Positions 19,484 to 29,471 of a stretch of 64,000 nt of DNA are shown here, in pieces. Below the pieces are notes generated by a model. The model had not been told where the DNA came from. It searched no databases and saw nothing but the letters and a program-made list of their open reading frames with translations. Position numbers and translations under genes: made by a program. This DNA is from Candidatus Latescibacterota bacterium (GTDB taxonomy: Bacteria; Latescibacterota; UBA2968). How positions within the stretch are numbered: the first letter of the stretch is position 1; each line of letters opens with the position of its first letter. The stretch spans positions 3,200,001 through 3,264,000 of the forward strand of contig OZ240241.1 of NCBI GenBank assembly GCA_965198115.1, given 5' to 3'.

Positions 19484-20345
19484 CGCGTCTGCCGAGATCG
19501 ACCCGTAGAGCCATCCGGATTCCACCGTATGCCGGGACCAGTGTCACCCGTGTGCGTGAGACTTTGCTCTCGTGTCGCGCGAACGCCTTACCCACGGTCC
19601 TCCCGATCGCCCACCCCATCGCCCCACCGGCAACCACGTCCGACACCCAGTGGATGTCTCCCTGATACCCAAACGTCGCCGACGCCATCACGCACGCCGC
19701 CCATCCGTAGGCCCACGCCCTGACCTTCGCTGAATCGCTGTAGTAGCTCGAGAGAGCGGCGGCCATCGCCATATTGGTGATGGTGTGGCCAGACGGCCAT
19801 CCGTTGTAGATCCCGCGCCGCCAGAAGCCGAACACCCAGTCGCGACTCCGTTCCTCCGCGAGGTCGGGCTCGAAATACCGCGGATCGCGCCGTCCCGTGA
19901 TCGCCTTCACCAGGTTCCCCGACACCCAGGCTATCGCCACCGCCTGGAGTGCGGCCGAGCCGGCGTTGCGCGTCCGAACGTCCTCGCCCCGGTATCGCAG
20001 GATCAATGGAACGACGGCGGGCGCGAAGTAACCGAGTCCAAGAGCGGGCAGGCTGAGCCCCACCGACCAGCCCTCGGGGCGATGAGCCGACCAACGCTGG
20101 ACCCTCGCGTCCACATCCGACGCCATCAACCCCCAAGTCGCCCCGACCGAAACCGCGTGCACGAGTGTCGTCTTTCCCACAAAGCTGTCGATAAAATTGC
20201 GACCGAAACGCCACGTCGCGCCCCTGGCGATGTCCGGTGTCAACGCGGCGATCGATGAATCGGCCGGCACATTGCCTCCAATAGCCGGAACTGGAACAAC
20301 AAACAGGCATACCATCGACCATCGTCTGATGTCGTTCGAAAGCAT
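19461..20345 (-). CDS. PAP2-family phosphatase
   Basis: KAITGRRDP, WPSGH, HWVSDV motifs. Confidence 0.85.
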   Translation of the reverse strand: MLSNDIRRWSMVCLFVVPVPAIGGNVPADSSIAALTPDIARGATWRFGRNFIDSFVGKTTLVHAVSVGATWGLMASDVDARVQRWSAHRPEGWSVGLSLPALGLGYFAPAVVPLILRYRGEDVRTRNAGSAALQAVAIAWVSGNLVKAITGRRDPRYFEPDLAEERSRDWVFGFWRRGIYNGWPSGHTITNMAMAAALSSYYSDSAKVRAWAYGWAACVMASATFGYQGDIHWVSDVVAGGAMGWAIGRTVGKAFARHESKVSRTRVTLVPAYGGIRMALRVDLGRRATSGQPW

Positions 20346-20414
20346 ACCCTGCGATCCTCCCGCTGGCCTTCCTCACCTGCTCGTCTCAGACCGAAGCTAC
20401 TGCGGCGTAAAGCG

Positions 20415-20449
20415 AAGCCCCCTCTCATCGAATGTGGGAGGGGGCTTTT
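20415..20449. terminator. Hairpin/terminator downstream of the brnA-like gene
   Basis: AAGCCCCCTCTCA...TGGGAGGGGGCTT. Confidence 0.55.
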
Positions 20450-20476
20450 CATTGCAAAGTTTGGATTCACACCCGA

Positions 20477-20689
20477 TCACGGTGTCCATCTGATCCTGGG
20501 TTTCTTCTTTTTGAGGGCACATTCACCAAGATAAAGATTGATCAGCGTCTGGTAGGGCATGCCGTATTCGCTCGACAGTTTCTTGAAGTAGTCGATCACG
20601 ACGGTGTCCAGACGAATCGTCACCTGCTTCTTGAGCCGGCGGGCGTAGGGATTCTTCTTCGCATTGGAAAAGTCGTATTCACGTTTCAT
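20477..20689 (-). CDS. BrnA-type antitoxin (RHH), orphan
   Basis: MKREYDFSNAKKNPYA...VTIRLD...YFK...PYQTLINLYL. Confidence 0.85.
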   Translation of the reverse strand: MKREYDFSNAKKNPYARRLKKQVTIRLDTVVIDYFKKLSSEYGMPYQTLINLYLGECALKKKKPRIRWTP

Positions 20690-20836
20690 ATCCCGTAGCT
20701 CCCGAAGTATTCGCACCTCTACTGCGACTCGTTCTACACATATAAAGTATATTATACTTATAGAATAATTATAACTGGAAATAGCTTCCCACGTGGTGAA
20801 AAGGGACATCCCCCGTTTGTTCGGTGTTTTTCGGCC

Positions 20837-21946
20837 TTAAGCCACATCCAGCATCGACGGTTGCGCAGGGGCCTCACGCACGACCGAGCAACGACTTCTT
20901 GGATCCAGTGCCTCTATGAGTTCGACGAGGAGATCGCGTTCATCTCCGCCCATCTGTCGTATGCCCTCGGCGATTCGCTGCACAATCGTCGGGTCCATCG
21001 TGACTCGGGCCTTCATCAGCATCATCCTCAGGACGCCCGCTGTGGTGGCCAGACGCTCGTAGCGTCGACCGAATCCACGTTCCTCCAGCAGAATACCGGC
21101 AGTTTCCAGATATCGGATCCGATCCACCATCATCTTCTTGTGTTCCCAGAGGATATGAATGGGGCGGATGTCATAGCAGTCCGGGCGCCCGGCCAGAAAA
21201 GCGAAATACCTTTCGAGCCATTCGTAGGTTGCGAGTCCGTAGAACCGACAATCGTGATTACGCAAGCCCGTGAAGCGCTTTGACGTGTTTTTCGACCAGA
21301 CGTAATCCTGAAGTTGTGAGCGGATCCATTCGGTATCGAGCTCGTAGTCGATTTCGGGAATCGGTCGGAGAAGACCGAGCCCCTGCTGATTATAATGCCC
21401 CGCGAGATCCGCAGACGCAATCGCCCGTTCGACATCATCGAACCCTAATTCGTCTATGGTGTAATCTCCCGTCCGGTCGAATCCGATCGAAACGACGAAC
21501 GAATCGCTCTCGGAATCGAAACCGCTGATCAGGATTTCGTGACAGAGATGGCGCTCCTGAAACGCCGCGCTCCCGGGTATGTAGAACGCATCGACGCACG
21601 CCTCGACGTAGTAGCCCAACCCGATTGACTCTACGAGAAACGTGACCAATCCATCGGTGCGCATCGCCAGTCGACGGTCCAGCCAATGGCTCTCGAGAAA
21701 TGGACAAACGAGAACGTGGCGAAACGGATGAATCGCGTAATAATCGGGATGAAGGTAAAAGTCGAACTTCTCGAACCGCCCTTTGACGGCGCGCTCGAAG
21801 TCATAGTGACCGGGACAACTGAGCTGGATGTATTGACTGTAGAACCACGGCAAGAACGCACGCCTTCCAGCCAGGATCGACAGTGGGAATGCGTGGTGGA
21901 GGTAGCCATTCAGGGTCGGAATCGAAAGAGGCAGAAGTCTTCTCAT
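20837..21946 (-). CDS. Hypothetical protein, BtrH-N-like, of the kind found in ACP/NRPS clusters
   Basis: PWFYSQYIQL, VDAFYIP...HEILISGFD, LWEHKKMM segments; directly downstream of the ACP. Confidence 0.55.
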   Translation of the reverse strand: MRRLLPLSIPTLNGYLHHAFPLSILAGRRAFLPWFYSQYIQLSCPGHYDFERAVKGRFEKFDFYLHPDYYAIHPFRHVLVCPFLESHWLDRRLAMRTDGLVTFLVESIGLGYYVEACVDAFYIPGSAAFQERHLCHEILISGFDSESDSFVVSIGFDRTGDYTIDELGFDDVERAIASADLAGHYNQQGLGLLRPIPEIDYELDTEWIRSQLQDYVWSKNTSKRFTGLRNHDCRFYGLATYEWLERYFAFLAGRPDCYDIRPIHILWEHKKMMVDRIRYLETAGILLEERGFGRRYERLATTAGVLRMMLMKARVTMDPTIVQRIAEGIRQMGGDERDLLVELIEALDPRSRCSVVREAPAQPSMLDVA

Positions 21947-21947
21947 A

Positions 21948-22232
21948 TCAGCCTCCTGCCTCGTCGTCCGTCACACTCGCGACGTAATCCGCCATCGCCT
22001 TCACGTTGTCGAACAACTCAACGCGCAGATCTTCGTCCTGAATCTCGATTCCGAAATCCTTCTCGATGGCGACGATTATCTCGATCGTCGCCATCGAATT
22101 CAGACCCACGCCGCCGCCGAAAAGCTGGTCTTCCGTGCCGATTTCGTGCGGCTCCACCTGAAGATCCAGCGTTTCCACGATCAATTCCTTGATGCGATCT
22201 TCGATTTCTTCTTCTATCAGTGTGTCAGACAT
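21948..22232 (-). CDS. Acyl/peptidyl carrier protein
   Basis: Acidic 94 aa; GLNSMA phosphopantetheine Ser; IEKDFGIEI. Confidence 0.9.
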   Translation of the reverse strand: MSDTLIEEEIEDRIKELIVETLDLQVEPHEIGTEDQLFGGGVGLNSMATIEIIVAIEKDFGIEIQDEDLRVELFDNVKAMADYVASVTDDEAGG

Positions 22233-24091
22233 AGTGCCTCCTCAATGCTCGAGCTTGTATCAGCTCGAAATGCGCGATCAAACGATCGCACAGACGATCA
22301 ACGTCGTGCGAATTCGTGATGCGGCAGACAGGCATTTCGAATCGCTTCGACAGCCGTGTCGTATGATGGGTGATGGTCGCTTCGTCCATTTGGCGGGGGG
22401 TCACGAGCGATGCGCCGTATGCCTCGCGGATGTGTTTCTCCTTGTCACTCAAGGCGAGAGCGACCGTCGGACATTTGACGACGGCACGGATTGCGTCGAT
22501 CGTGTCTGCGATGTAATCACCAGGATCGATGCTGTTCACAACCAGGACGCACGCATCCGGTTTCGCGCCCAGTAGGAACGGCGTCGTTGACATATTCAAA
22601 GTGCTGGGCTCATAGACGCCATAGGGGATACTGCCCGATTGAGTTCCCACCAGCAGAAGATCCGGCGTAGCGTCCGCACAGATCGATCGCAGGCAGGCAT
22701 CGATGTAGGGTGGGTACATCCGCAGTGGGAGGTCCGCCGGCGCCGCGTATCCGTTCGGAAACGTGACCTCCATTCCGAAGAGCGCCGCGTGATGCTCCGT
22801 TCCCAATTGCCCCACGCGATAGCCTCGGGCGATGAAAGCGCGGCGAAGACCAACCTGAAGCGTGAACTTTCCTTGCTGGGAGCTGGTGCCGCAAACGGCG
22901 ATCACGGGCACTCCCACCTGATCCAGGTCCTGGGCCTGTTGGATCGTAGCATCAACTCCTGTGCGGCAATGTCTGGATACGCGATCTGTAACCCTTTCTC
23001 GCAGGCCAATTCGTGGAGATCCGGGTACGCGTCAGGTCGAACAGGTAGAAAGCTGAAGACGTTCGAGCCGCCTATTAACGCAGCCTCGACGTATTCTCCT
23101 ACCAAGTCTCGCCGATGGATCCGCGCGAGCTGATCGACGTAGCCCAGAATCACGGTGTCCACCCCGGTCACGAGATCCTGGAACCTGGGCTGAATCGGAA
23201 GATCGGCCCGTGGGAGCCCCAGGACTTCCGCCGCATCCTTCCCCACCAACCCCTTACCTGGATGATCTCCCACGGACACAATCTCGAACTCCAACTGGTG
23301 ACGATACCGCACAAGCGCGTGCATTTCTTTGTTGTAGGGGAACAGACTCACTCTCCCCATCCACGACAGATCCATTGAGGCCGTCGCTGGCGCAGCCACA
23401 TCCACTGGCACCGCACACTCGCTCGAACCCGATTGCTCTAGCCAGGAACGCACGTCGTTCAATGACGAAGGCCATTCTTTGTTCATCGCGAGCGCTACTG
23501 CACCCGCGACGTGTGGTGCCGCGAAACTCGTCCCTCCGACGAACACCTCCTTGCAGTCGAGCCAGCACAATCGTTGGCGTCCGCCAGGCCCTGTGCACTC
23601 GACTTTTCGCCCTTGCTGATAAGTAAAACCAGATTGTACATCGCCTCCGGTCACCCCGATCACTTCCGGAAACATCGCCGGGTAACTGGCGACGTCGTCG
23701 TTATGTGCAGCGGCGATCAGAACGGTCCCCGAATCGGCTGCGGCCCTGCAGGCCTTGTGCAGCCTGTCTCGGATGGCACCGTCCGTTGTACCCAAGCTCA
23801 GGTTGACCACCTGCACTCAATGGGCGAGACACCACTCGATCGCTTCGACCAGCCGGTCTCCATCGCACGTCATCGATTCATCGAAAATGCGAACGCTGAA
23901 GATCGCTGACTCCGGGGCCAGTTTTCGAACGATGCCAGCACACCCCGTACCGTGGCCAGAGAGATCGGAGAAATCGTCCGCATCATCACCCGACAGCAGG
24001 TTAATCCCACCCGCCAGATCGCCAATCTTTGGATGCTCGTCGACGCGCTGTCCACGATCGCGACACGAACAGCCTCACCCTTCCCCATCAT
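22225..24091 (-). pseudogene. S8 subtilisin-like peptidase fused to a DUF1611-like P-loop domain, disrupted
   Basis: Triad motifs VAIVDS(G), GHGT, GTSFAAPHV, then GTSSQQGKFT; frameshift near 24045, TGA at 23817-23819, frameshift near 22940. Confidence 0.75.
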
Positions 24092-24440
24092 CCACCTCCA
24101 CCATTCATTACGTGTTGTAATCGTACAATCATTCCGGTCTCGACTTCCACGTGCACGATCAGTTCTTCACCCTTCGATCTCCAGCGATACTCGAACACAG
24201 ACAGCCCACAAAGAACCTTGTCGTCATACCCGTAATGCCGGTCCACGATCAGGGTTCGCAGGAAGTCGTGGCGAGAAAAGTAACATTTAGCAACATCGTG
24301 CTTCGGAATGGCAGGGATGTAGTTGACCATATTCAGGGCCGTTTCGGGCACCCCCTTGAATCCTCCTCGTTTGAACAACGGGATAGCCTTGCGATTGAAT
24401 GGCCAGGTGTGAAGGGAGAGGTAGGGGGCGTTGGATTGGC
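24088..24440 (-). pseudogene. C-terminal remnant of a GNAT-type protein
   Basis: LHTWPFNRKAIPLFKRGGF resembles GNAT motif B; N-terminus missing; stop overlaps the S8 start (ATGA). Confidence 0.5.
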
Positions 24441-24469
24441 AGAGTTTGCGGATTAAAGGGCGGTAAAGG

Positions 24470-24853
24470 CGTATGGCGGCTACCTGCCGGACCACCCACC
24501 TCGTTGTCGCTACCGAATGTCGTGACGATTAACTCGGCGGGCGCAGTGATTTGCGGCAGGACGTGCTCGACGAGCACAGTTGCAACGCCTCTTCGTCGCC
24601 ACTTCTCGGCCACCGAAAGCCACCCGATCCGGTAAACCGGCGGACGGCTCGAAAACAACAGCCCGCCCATCAGCTTCGTCCCGGGACCACCGTCATCCTC
24701 CCGAACGCAATAGGCACTCCCCTGCGCGATGTGCTGCACAAGCGCGGCGTGAAACCCCGGCTCATCGACCATCGGCCCGAACAGGAACTCGACCTCAGCT
24801 GCGAGGTCGAGCCAGGCAGGTACATCCTCCGTTGTGGCGGCGCACACAAGCAT
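24470..24853 (-). pseudogene. GNAT acetyltransferase, C-terminally truncated
   Basis: WLSVAEKWRRRGVAT motif A; protein-like sequence ends after TTFGSDNEVG. Confidence 0.6.
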
Positions 24854-24871
24854 TTCGGACCCTTCTTATTC

Positions 24872-26291
24872 GGCTCTATCCGGGTTTCTCAACGGTGAAA
24901 CTATAGAATGACAAGGTCATAGATCGTTCCCTACGCTTGGTTGTGTGTGTAGGACAATCAAAGCGAAGGGGGTGCGACCTATGACCGGGAGCAGATTACT
25001 ATCGAAACTGCTGAGATTCAAGGGGGTCCGTGTTGTCAGCTGGTGGTTTGAGGGGAGAAGCTGCTTCGTCATCGCCGTAAAGCCACATAAGAATGGTTGT
25101 TGTTGTCCGGAGTGCGGCCGTCGAGGTAAAATCGTCCGCACAATGCCCCATCCGCGTCGGTGGCGTGACATTCCGGTGTGCGGGTGGAGGGTCTGGCTTC
25201 TCTACCATCCTCGGGAGATTCGGTGTCCTACCCACGGTCGTGTGGTCGAGGAGATTCCGTGGGCGGAGCGGTTCTCTCGGGTGACGTATCGCTTCGAGTA
25301 TGCCATGCTGCGCTACTGCCAGACCATGACGCAGAAGGCGGCGTCCGAGTTACTGCGCATCTCTGCCTCGACGCTGTCGGATCTCCTTCACCGATCCATC
25401 ACGCGGCTTCGTGAAGGTCATCGTATCCGAGGGCTCAAAACCATCGGGATCGACGAGATCTCCTACGCCAAGCGTCACAGGTACGCCACGCTCGTTTACG
25501 ATCTGGACCGCTCCTGCGTGGTGTGGGTTGGCCGCGGCAGGGCGCGTAAAACGATCGATCGGTTCTTCACAGAGGCTCTCAGTCCCTACCAGAGATCCAA
25601 GATCGAGTGGGCCTGCTGCGACATGAGCGAAGCTTACATCGGAGCCATCCAGGAACACTGTCCGAATGCCAAGCTGGTCCTCGATCGCTTTCACATCGTC
25701 AAGGCTCTCAATGCCGCCGTTGACGAGGTCCGTAAGGACCAGTGGCGTAAAGCTGCCCCGGATGAGCGCAAAGCCATGAAGGGCCTCCGATGGCTCCTCT
25801 ACCGGCACTCAGCGACACGCTCCAGAGGGGATACTCGGACACTCAAAGCACTGGAGAAGGCGAACTACCGAATCTATAGAGCCTGGAGACTCAAGGACGA
25901 GTTCGAGCAGTTCTGGGAATACAAAGCGCCCTGGGCTGCCGAACGCTTCCTGAAATGCTGGACGACGTCCGCACTCAGAAGTCGACTTGAACCCCTGCGA
26001 AAGTTCGTCAGGACCCTGCGACAGCACTTCTTCGGCGTCCTCGCATTCGTGAACACGCGTCTTACCAACGCCATCGCCGAAGGCCTCAACCGAATCGTCC
26101 AAATCGTCAAGAACCGAGCCAGCGGATTCCGCACACTCGACGCATTCAACGATATGATCTTCCTTACCGTCGGAGACATAAACATCCCTGAGCAGATTCC
26201 GAAGAGGTTCCGCACACTCTAACCGCGCCCCCATGCCAGGAACCACGACACCTTCACCCACTTCATCTCGTTGAGAGATCCGGATATAGCC
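24872..26291 (+). mobile_element. ISL3-family IS copy 2 (1420 bp), intact
   Basis: Same terminal IRs as 5554-6973; TSD CTTATTC (24865-24871, 26292-26298). Confidence 0.95.
24981..26222 (+). CDS. ISL3 transposase
   Basis: Zinc finger CPECG...CPTH; IGIDE, CDMS, DRFH, AEGLN. Confidence 0.95.
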   Translation: MTGSRLLSKLLRFKGVRVVSWWFEGRSCFVIAVKPHKNGCCCPECGRRGKIVRTMPHPRRWRDIPVCGWRVWLLYHPREIRCPTHGRVVEEIPWAERFSRVTYRFEYAMLRYCQTMTQKAASELLRISASTLSDLLHRSITRLREGHRIRGLKTIGIDEISYAKRHRYATLVYDLDRSCVVWVGRGRARKTIDRFFTEALSPYQRSKIEWACCDMSEAYIGAIQEHCPNAKLVLDRFHIVKALNAAVDEVRKDQWRKAAPDERKAMKGLRWLLYRHSATRSRGDTRTLKALEKANYRIYRAWRLKDEFEQFWEYKAPWAAERFLKCWTTSALRSRLEPLRKFVRTLRQHFFGVLAFVNTRLTNAIAEGLNRIVQIVKNRASGFRTLDAFNDMIFLTVGDINIPEQIPKRFRTL

Positions 26292-26566
26292 CTTATTCTC
26301 ACCCGCGATCAAAGGGTGCCAAGGTAGGCGACCCAGACATCCGCTGCAACTCTGAGTCCGTCGTCAAGGTGCCACACCCTTACGAGATCCCCCGGCACCC
26401 CGTTCCGGTTTGTATTATCCTGTACTCGCAATCGGAACCCGGAGACACTCCCAAACCCATCCCCGACTAGGGTCTCGGTCCACCGCACTTCCACCCTTTC
26501 GTGTTTTTCGTGGTTCGTTTTGAGTTTCTTCCGTGTATTCCGTGGTCTCTAGTTTTCGAGGTCCCC

Positions 26567-28447
26567 TTGTTCGATCGACGTTACCTCCCGACAGCCGACC
26601 ACGAATTCGTCGTCATCACGGACACGCACTATATGCTCGACGTCGGCGACGCCCCGCTCGAATTCGAATCGCGCCGCAAGCAGACCGCCCGCGCCGGTGT
26701 CGCGCTCTCGCTCGTCGCCGCGCTCGACGTCGACCACGTCGTCCACCTCGGCGATCTCAACCAGGAATACCCCGAAACCCCGGGCTTCGACCAGGCGCAG
26801 ACCGAAGCGCTCGCGCAAATTCGCGACCTCGGTCTGTCCCCCTACTTCGTGCCGGGCAACCACGACGTCGGAGACAAACCCGATCCCACGATGCCGACGC
26901 ACGACGTCTCGGCCGAAACCCTCGCGAAGTTCAACGAACGGATCGGCCCGACGTGGCAGCGCGTCGACATCGGCCCGCATCGCCTTCTCCTCATCAACTC
27001 CCAGATCCTCAACACCGACCTCTCGGAGGCCACCGAACAGCGCGCCTGGCTCGAGGCTCAGCTCACCGAAGCCGTCGCCGGCAGCACCTTCCTGTTCCTG
27101 CACCTGCCGCCCTACCTCTACGACGGCACGGAACAAGGCTTCGGTCACTACGACGTCATCGACGAACCCGATCGCAGCTGGCTGCTCGATCTGATTCGCA
27201 ACAGCGACGTCGACACCGTCGCCGCCGCGCACGTCCACTTCGCCTTCGCCGACCGAATCGGCAGTGCCCACTACCGGGTCCTCGCGTCGCCCTCGTTCGT
27301 ACGACCCGGCTTCTCACACCTGTTCACGTCCGCCGCGCCACCCGAACGAGGCCGTGACGACACATCCAAATTCGGTTTCACCCTCGTCCGGATCGCCGGC
27401 GATCGCACCGATCTCCACACCATTCGGACGGGCGGCGCCCAACAGGTCGATCCGCGAACACGGCTCCTCACGCGAACGAGCGCCGCCCTCCCGACCTCCC
27501 CCATCGGCGTCACCTTCCGAGAGGCCGTGTCACCCGTCGGGCGCGTGCCAATCGCGTGGCCCTCGGTCATCGTCCAACCCGTGCGGAACGACTATCCCCT
27601 TCTCTCGTGTCTGGAAATGGGCATCACCCACGTCCGTGTCCCCGCAACAGAAATGATGGACGAACGCCAGCTCGGCCGCATCGCGCTCCTCCGAGACCAC
27701 GGCGTCACGGTCACCGCCTTTCACCTGTTCGCCTATCCCTCCGCGGCGACAGAGATGGCCGGCCGTCTCCGCAACCGTGTCGACGGATTGGAGATTCAAT
27801 TCGCGGCCGAGTACGCCGACGACTTCGCCAAGGCGACCTCGAGCGATCTCTCACTGACATTGGCCCCGATCACGACCGGCGTCGTCATTGCCGGCAAGCA
27901 GCACCCCCGAACACGCGTCGGATACAGCCTCGACGAAGCCACCGACCCTGGCGACAGCCGAGCCCTCTGCCGAGTCGCGCCCGGAGATCGTCTGGACAAA
28001 TGGCTGACTACCCGTGCCGTCACCTCCGGCCGCGCTGACCTCGTCCTCGACCTGCCCGGCGAGGATGACACGATCAACGCGACACGGGTCGCCCACGGCC
28101 TCCTTGGCGCCGCGACCGCGCCGGGCACCAGGCTGTTCATCGATCCGCTCGCCGACCTCGACCGCACGATCGACGTGATGCACGGACTGATCGACACGCG
28201 CTGCAACCCACGCCCTGCGATGACCGTCGTCCGAATGCTCAACACCATCCTGTTCGCGAACAACGAAGCGTGGACCCTCGAATCCACGGATCCCTGGACC
28301 CTCTCATCCCCAAGGCGACGCCTCACCTTGAGCGAGAACGGCCATCCGGAAGAAACCCAATCCCTCTACGGCCTGACCACAGGCACCGTCACCAACGCCG
28401 GTGAGAACCTTGATGACCCAATCCTTCTGCTCGAATTCATCCAGTAG
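26567..28447 (+). CDS. Calcineurin-like metallophosphoesterase with long C-terminal extension
   Basis: TDTH, HLGD, PGNHD, HLP, AHVH; start at TTG 26567 after GAGG. Confidence 0.8.
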   Translation: MFDRRYLPTADHEFVVITDTHYMLDVGDAPLEFESRRKQTARAGVALSLVAALDVDHVVHLGDLNQEYPETPGFDQAQTEALAQIRDLGLSPYFVPGNHDVGDKPDPTMPTHDVSAETLAKFNERIGPTWQRVDIGPHRLLLINSQILNTDLSEATEQRAWLEAQLTEAVAGSTFLFLHLPPYLYDGTEQGFGHYDVIDEPDRSWLLDLIRNSDVDTVAAAHVHFAFADRIGSAHYRVLASPSFVRPGFSHLFTSAAPPERGRDDTSKFGFTLVRIAGDRTDLHTIRTGGAQQVDPRTRLLTRTSAALPTSPIGVTFREAVSPVGRVPIAWPSVIVQPVRNDYPLLSCLEMGITHVRVPATEMMDERQLGRIALLRDHGVTVTAFHLFAYPSAATEMAGRLRNRVDGLEIQFAAEYADDFAKATSSDLSLTLAPITTGVVIAGKQHPRTRVGYSLDEATDPGDSRALCRVAPGDRLDKWLTTRAVTSGRADLVLDLPGEDDTINATRVAHGLLGAATAPGTRLFIDPLADLDRTIDVMHGLIDTRCNPRPAMTVVRMLNTILFANNEAWTLESTDPWTLSSPRRRLTLSENGHPEETQSLYGLTTGTVTNAGENLDDPILLLEFIQ

Positions 28448-28637
28448 TGGTCACGTTAGTATTTTGACCAACCTTTACGCCACAGCCTGGCTCTAACGAT
28501 TGACCGGTCGTCACCGTCAATCCATCGGTCATTCCGCCGATACATATAAGTAAGACGAACTTCAAAGCTCCCTGATCGTCTACACAGTAGTTCCAGTTTT
28601 CCTTCGTGTCTTGGTGTCTTCGTGGTAAAGGTTTTCA

Positions 28638-29303
28638 ATGCTTCCATACGAGCAACTTGTCATCCGCGCCTCCTCCCCCGACGAAGACGACGCCCGTGAC
28701 GCGTTCGATCGCCTCGCCCGCGATTTTGGCGCATCGGTACACGCCCAGGCGCTAGGGCAGCTCGGCGACCACCACCTAGCCGAAGACGCAGCCCAGAACG
28801 CGCTCACGGAAGCCTATCTGAAGCTTCACCAACTCCAGGCCCCGCGCGCTTTTCCCGTATGGCTCAGACGCATCGTCCGAACCCAGTGCGAGCGCATTCG
28901 CCGCAGGCGCCAGCCCTCGCTCTCACTCGACGTCGAGGGAGACGAAGGGGCCCAGGTCATAGACAGCGCACCCAATCCACTGGATGAAGCCATCGCACGG
29001 GATCGTGACCGGATCCTGCACGAAGCCGTCGATCGACTACCCGATCACGAGCGTCGGACCGTCGAACTCTTCTACTTCGAGGATCAATCCCACGAGGAAG
29101 TCGCCCGACGCCTCGGGATACCCGCAAAAACCCTCAAAAGCCGCCTCTTCTCCGCACGCAGACATCTCCAGCCCACCTTGAGCCGACTCCTGTTGGATCG
29201 GAAGACCGCCACCCTCTGTCCGTTTCCCCCATCGCCGGTTCCACCGCCGTCGCTCAAGCCGCTTAAGTTACATATTATAAATTACTTAATTATCAACGTC
29301 TGA
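28638..29303 (+). CDS. ECF sigma-70 factor
   Basis: AEDAAQ...FPVWLRRI region 2; LFYFEDQSHEEVA...TLKSRLFSAR region 4. Confidence 0.9.
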   Translation: MLPYEQLVIRASSPDEDDARDAFDRLARDFGASVHAQALGQLGDHHLAEDAAQNALTEAYLKLHQLQAPRAFPVWLRRIVRTQCERIRRRRQPSLSLDVEGDEGAQVIDSAPNPLDEAIARDRDRILHEAVDRLPDHERRTVELFYFEDQSHEEVARRLGIPAKTLKSRLFSARRHLQPTLSRLLLDRKTATLCPFPPSPVPPPSLKPLKLHIINYLIINV

Positions 29304-29471
29304 ATTTCCTCATAAAAGTGGCCCCGGGGCCACTTTCCCCATCTCCTCCTCGACCGTCGTTTCGGTTTTTCTCCCCCCAACTCCCCGGTTATCTTCCCTC
29401 GCCTGTCCGCCGTAGCATTCGCGGAGGCGGATCCTCCTCCTCCAATTCAAAGTCCCCTCTCGGATCGATCG

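Noticed and set aside
23817-23819. In-frame TGA in the S8 peptidase as Sec or as evidence of genome-wide UGA reassignment
   Set aside because: Non-catalytic position in a gene with two other lesions; many intact genes here end in TGA (for example 1230, 5535, 13059)
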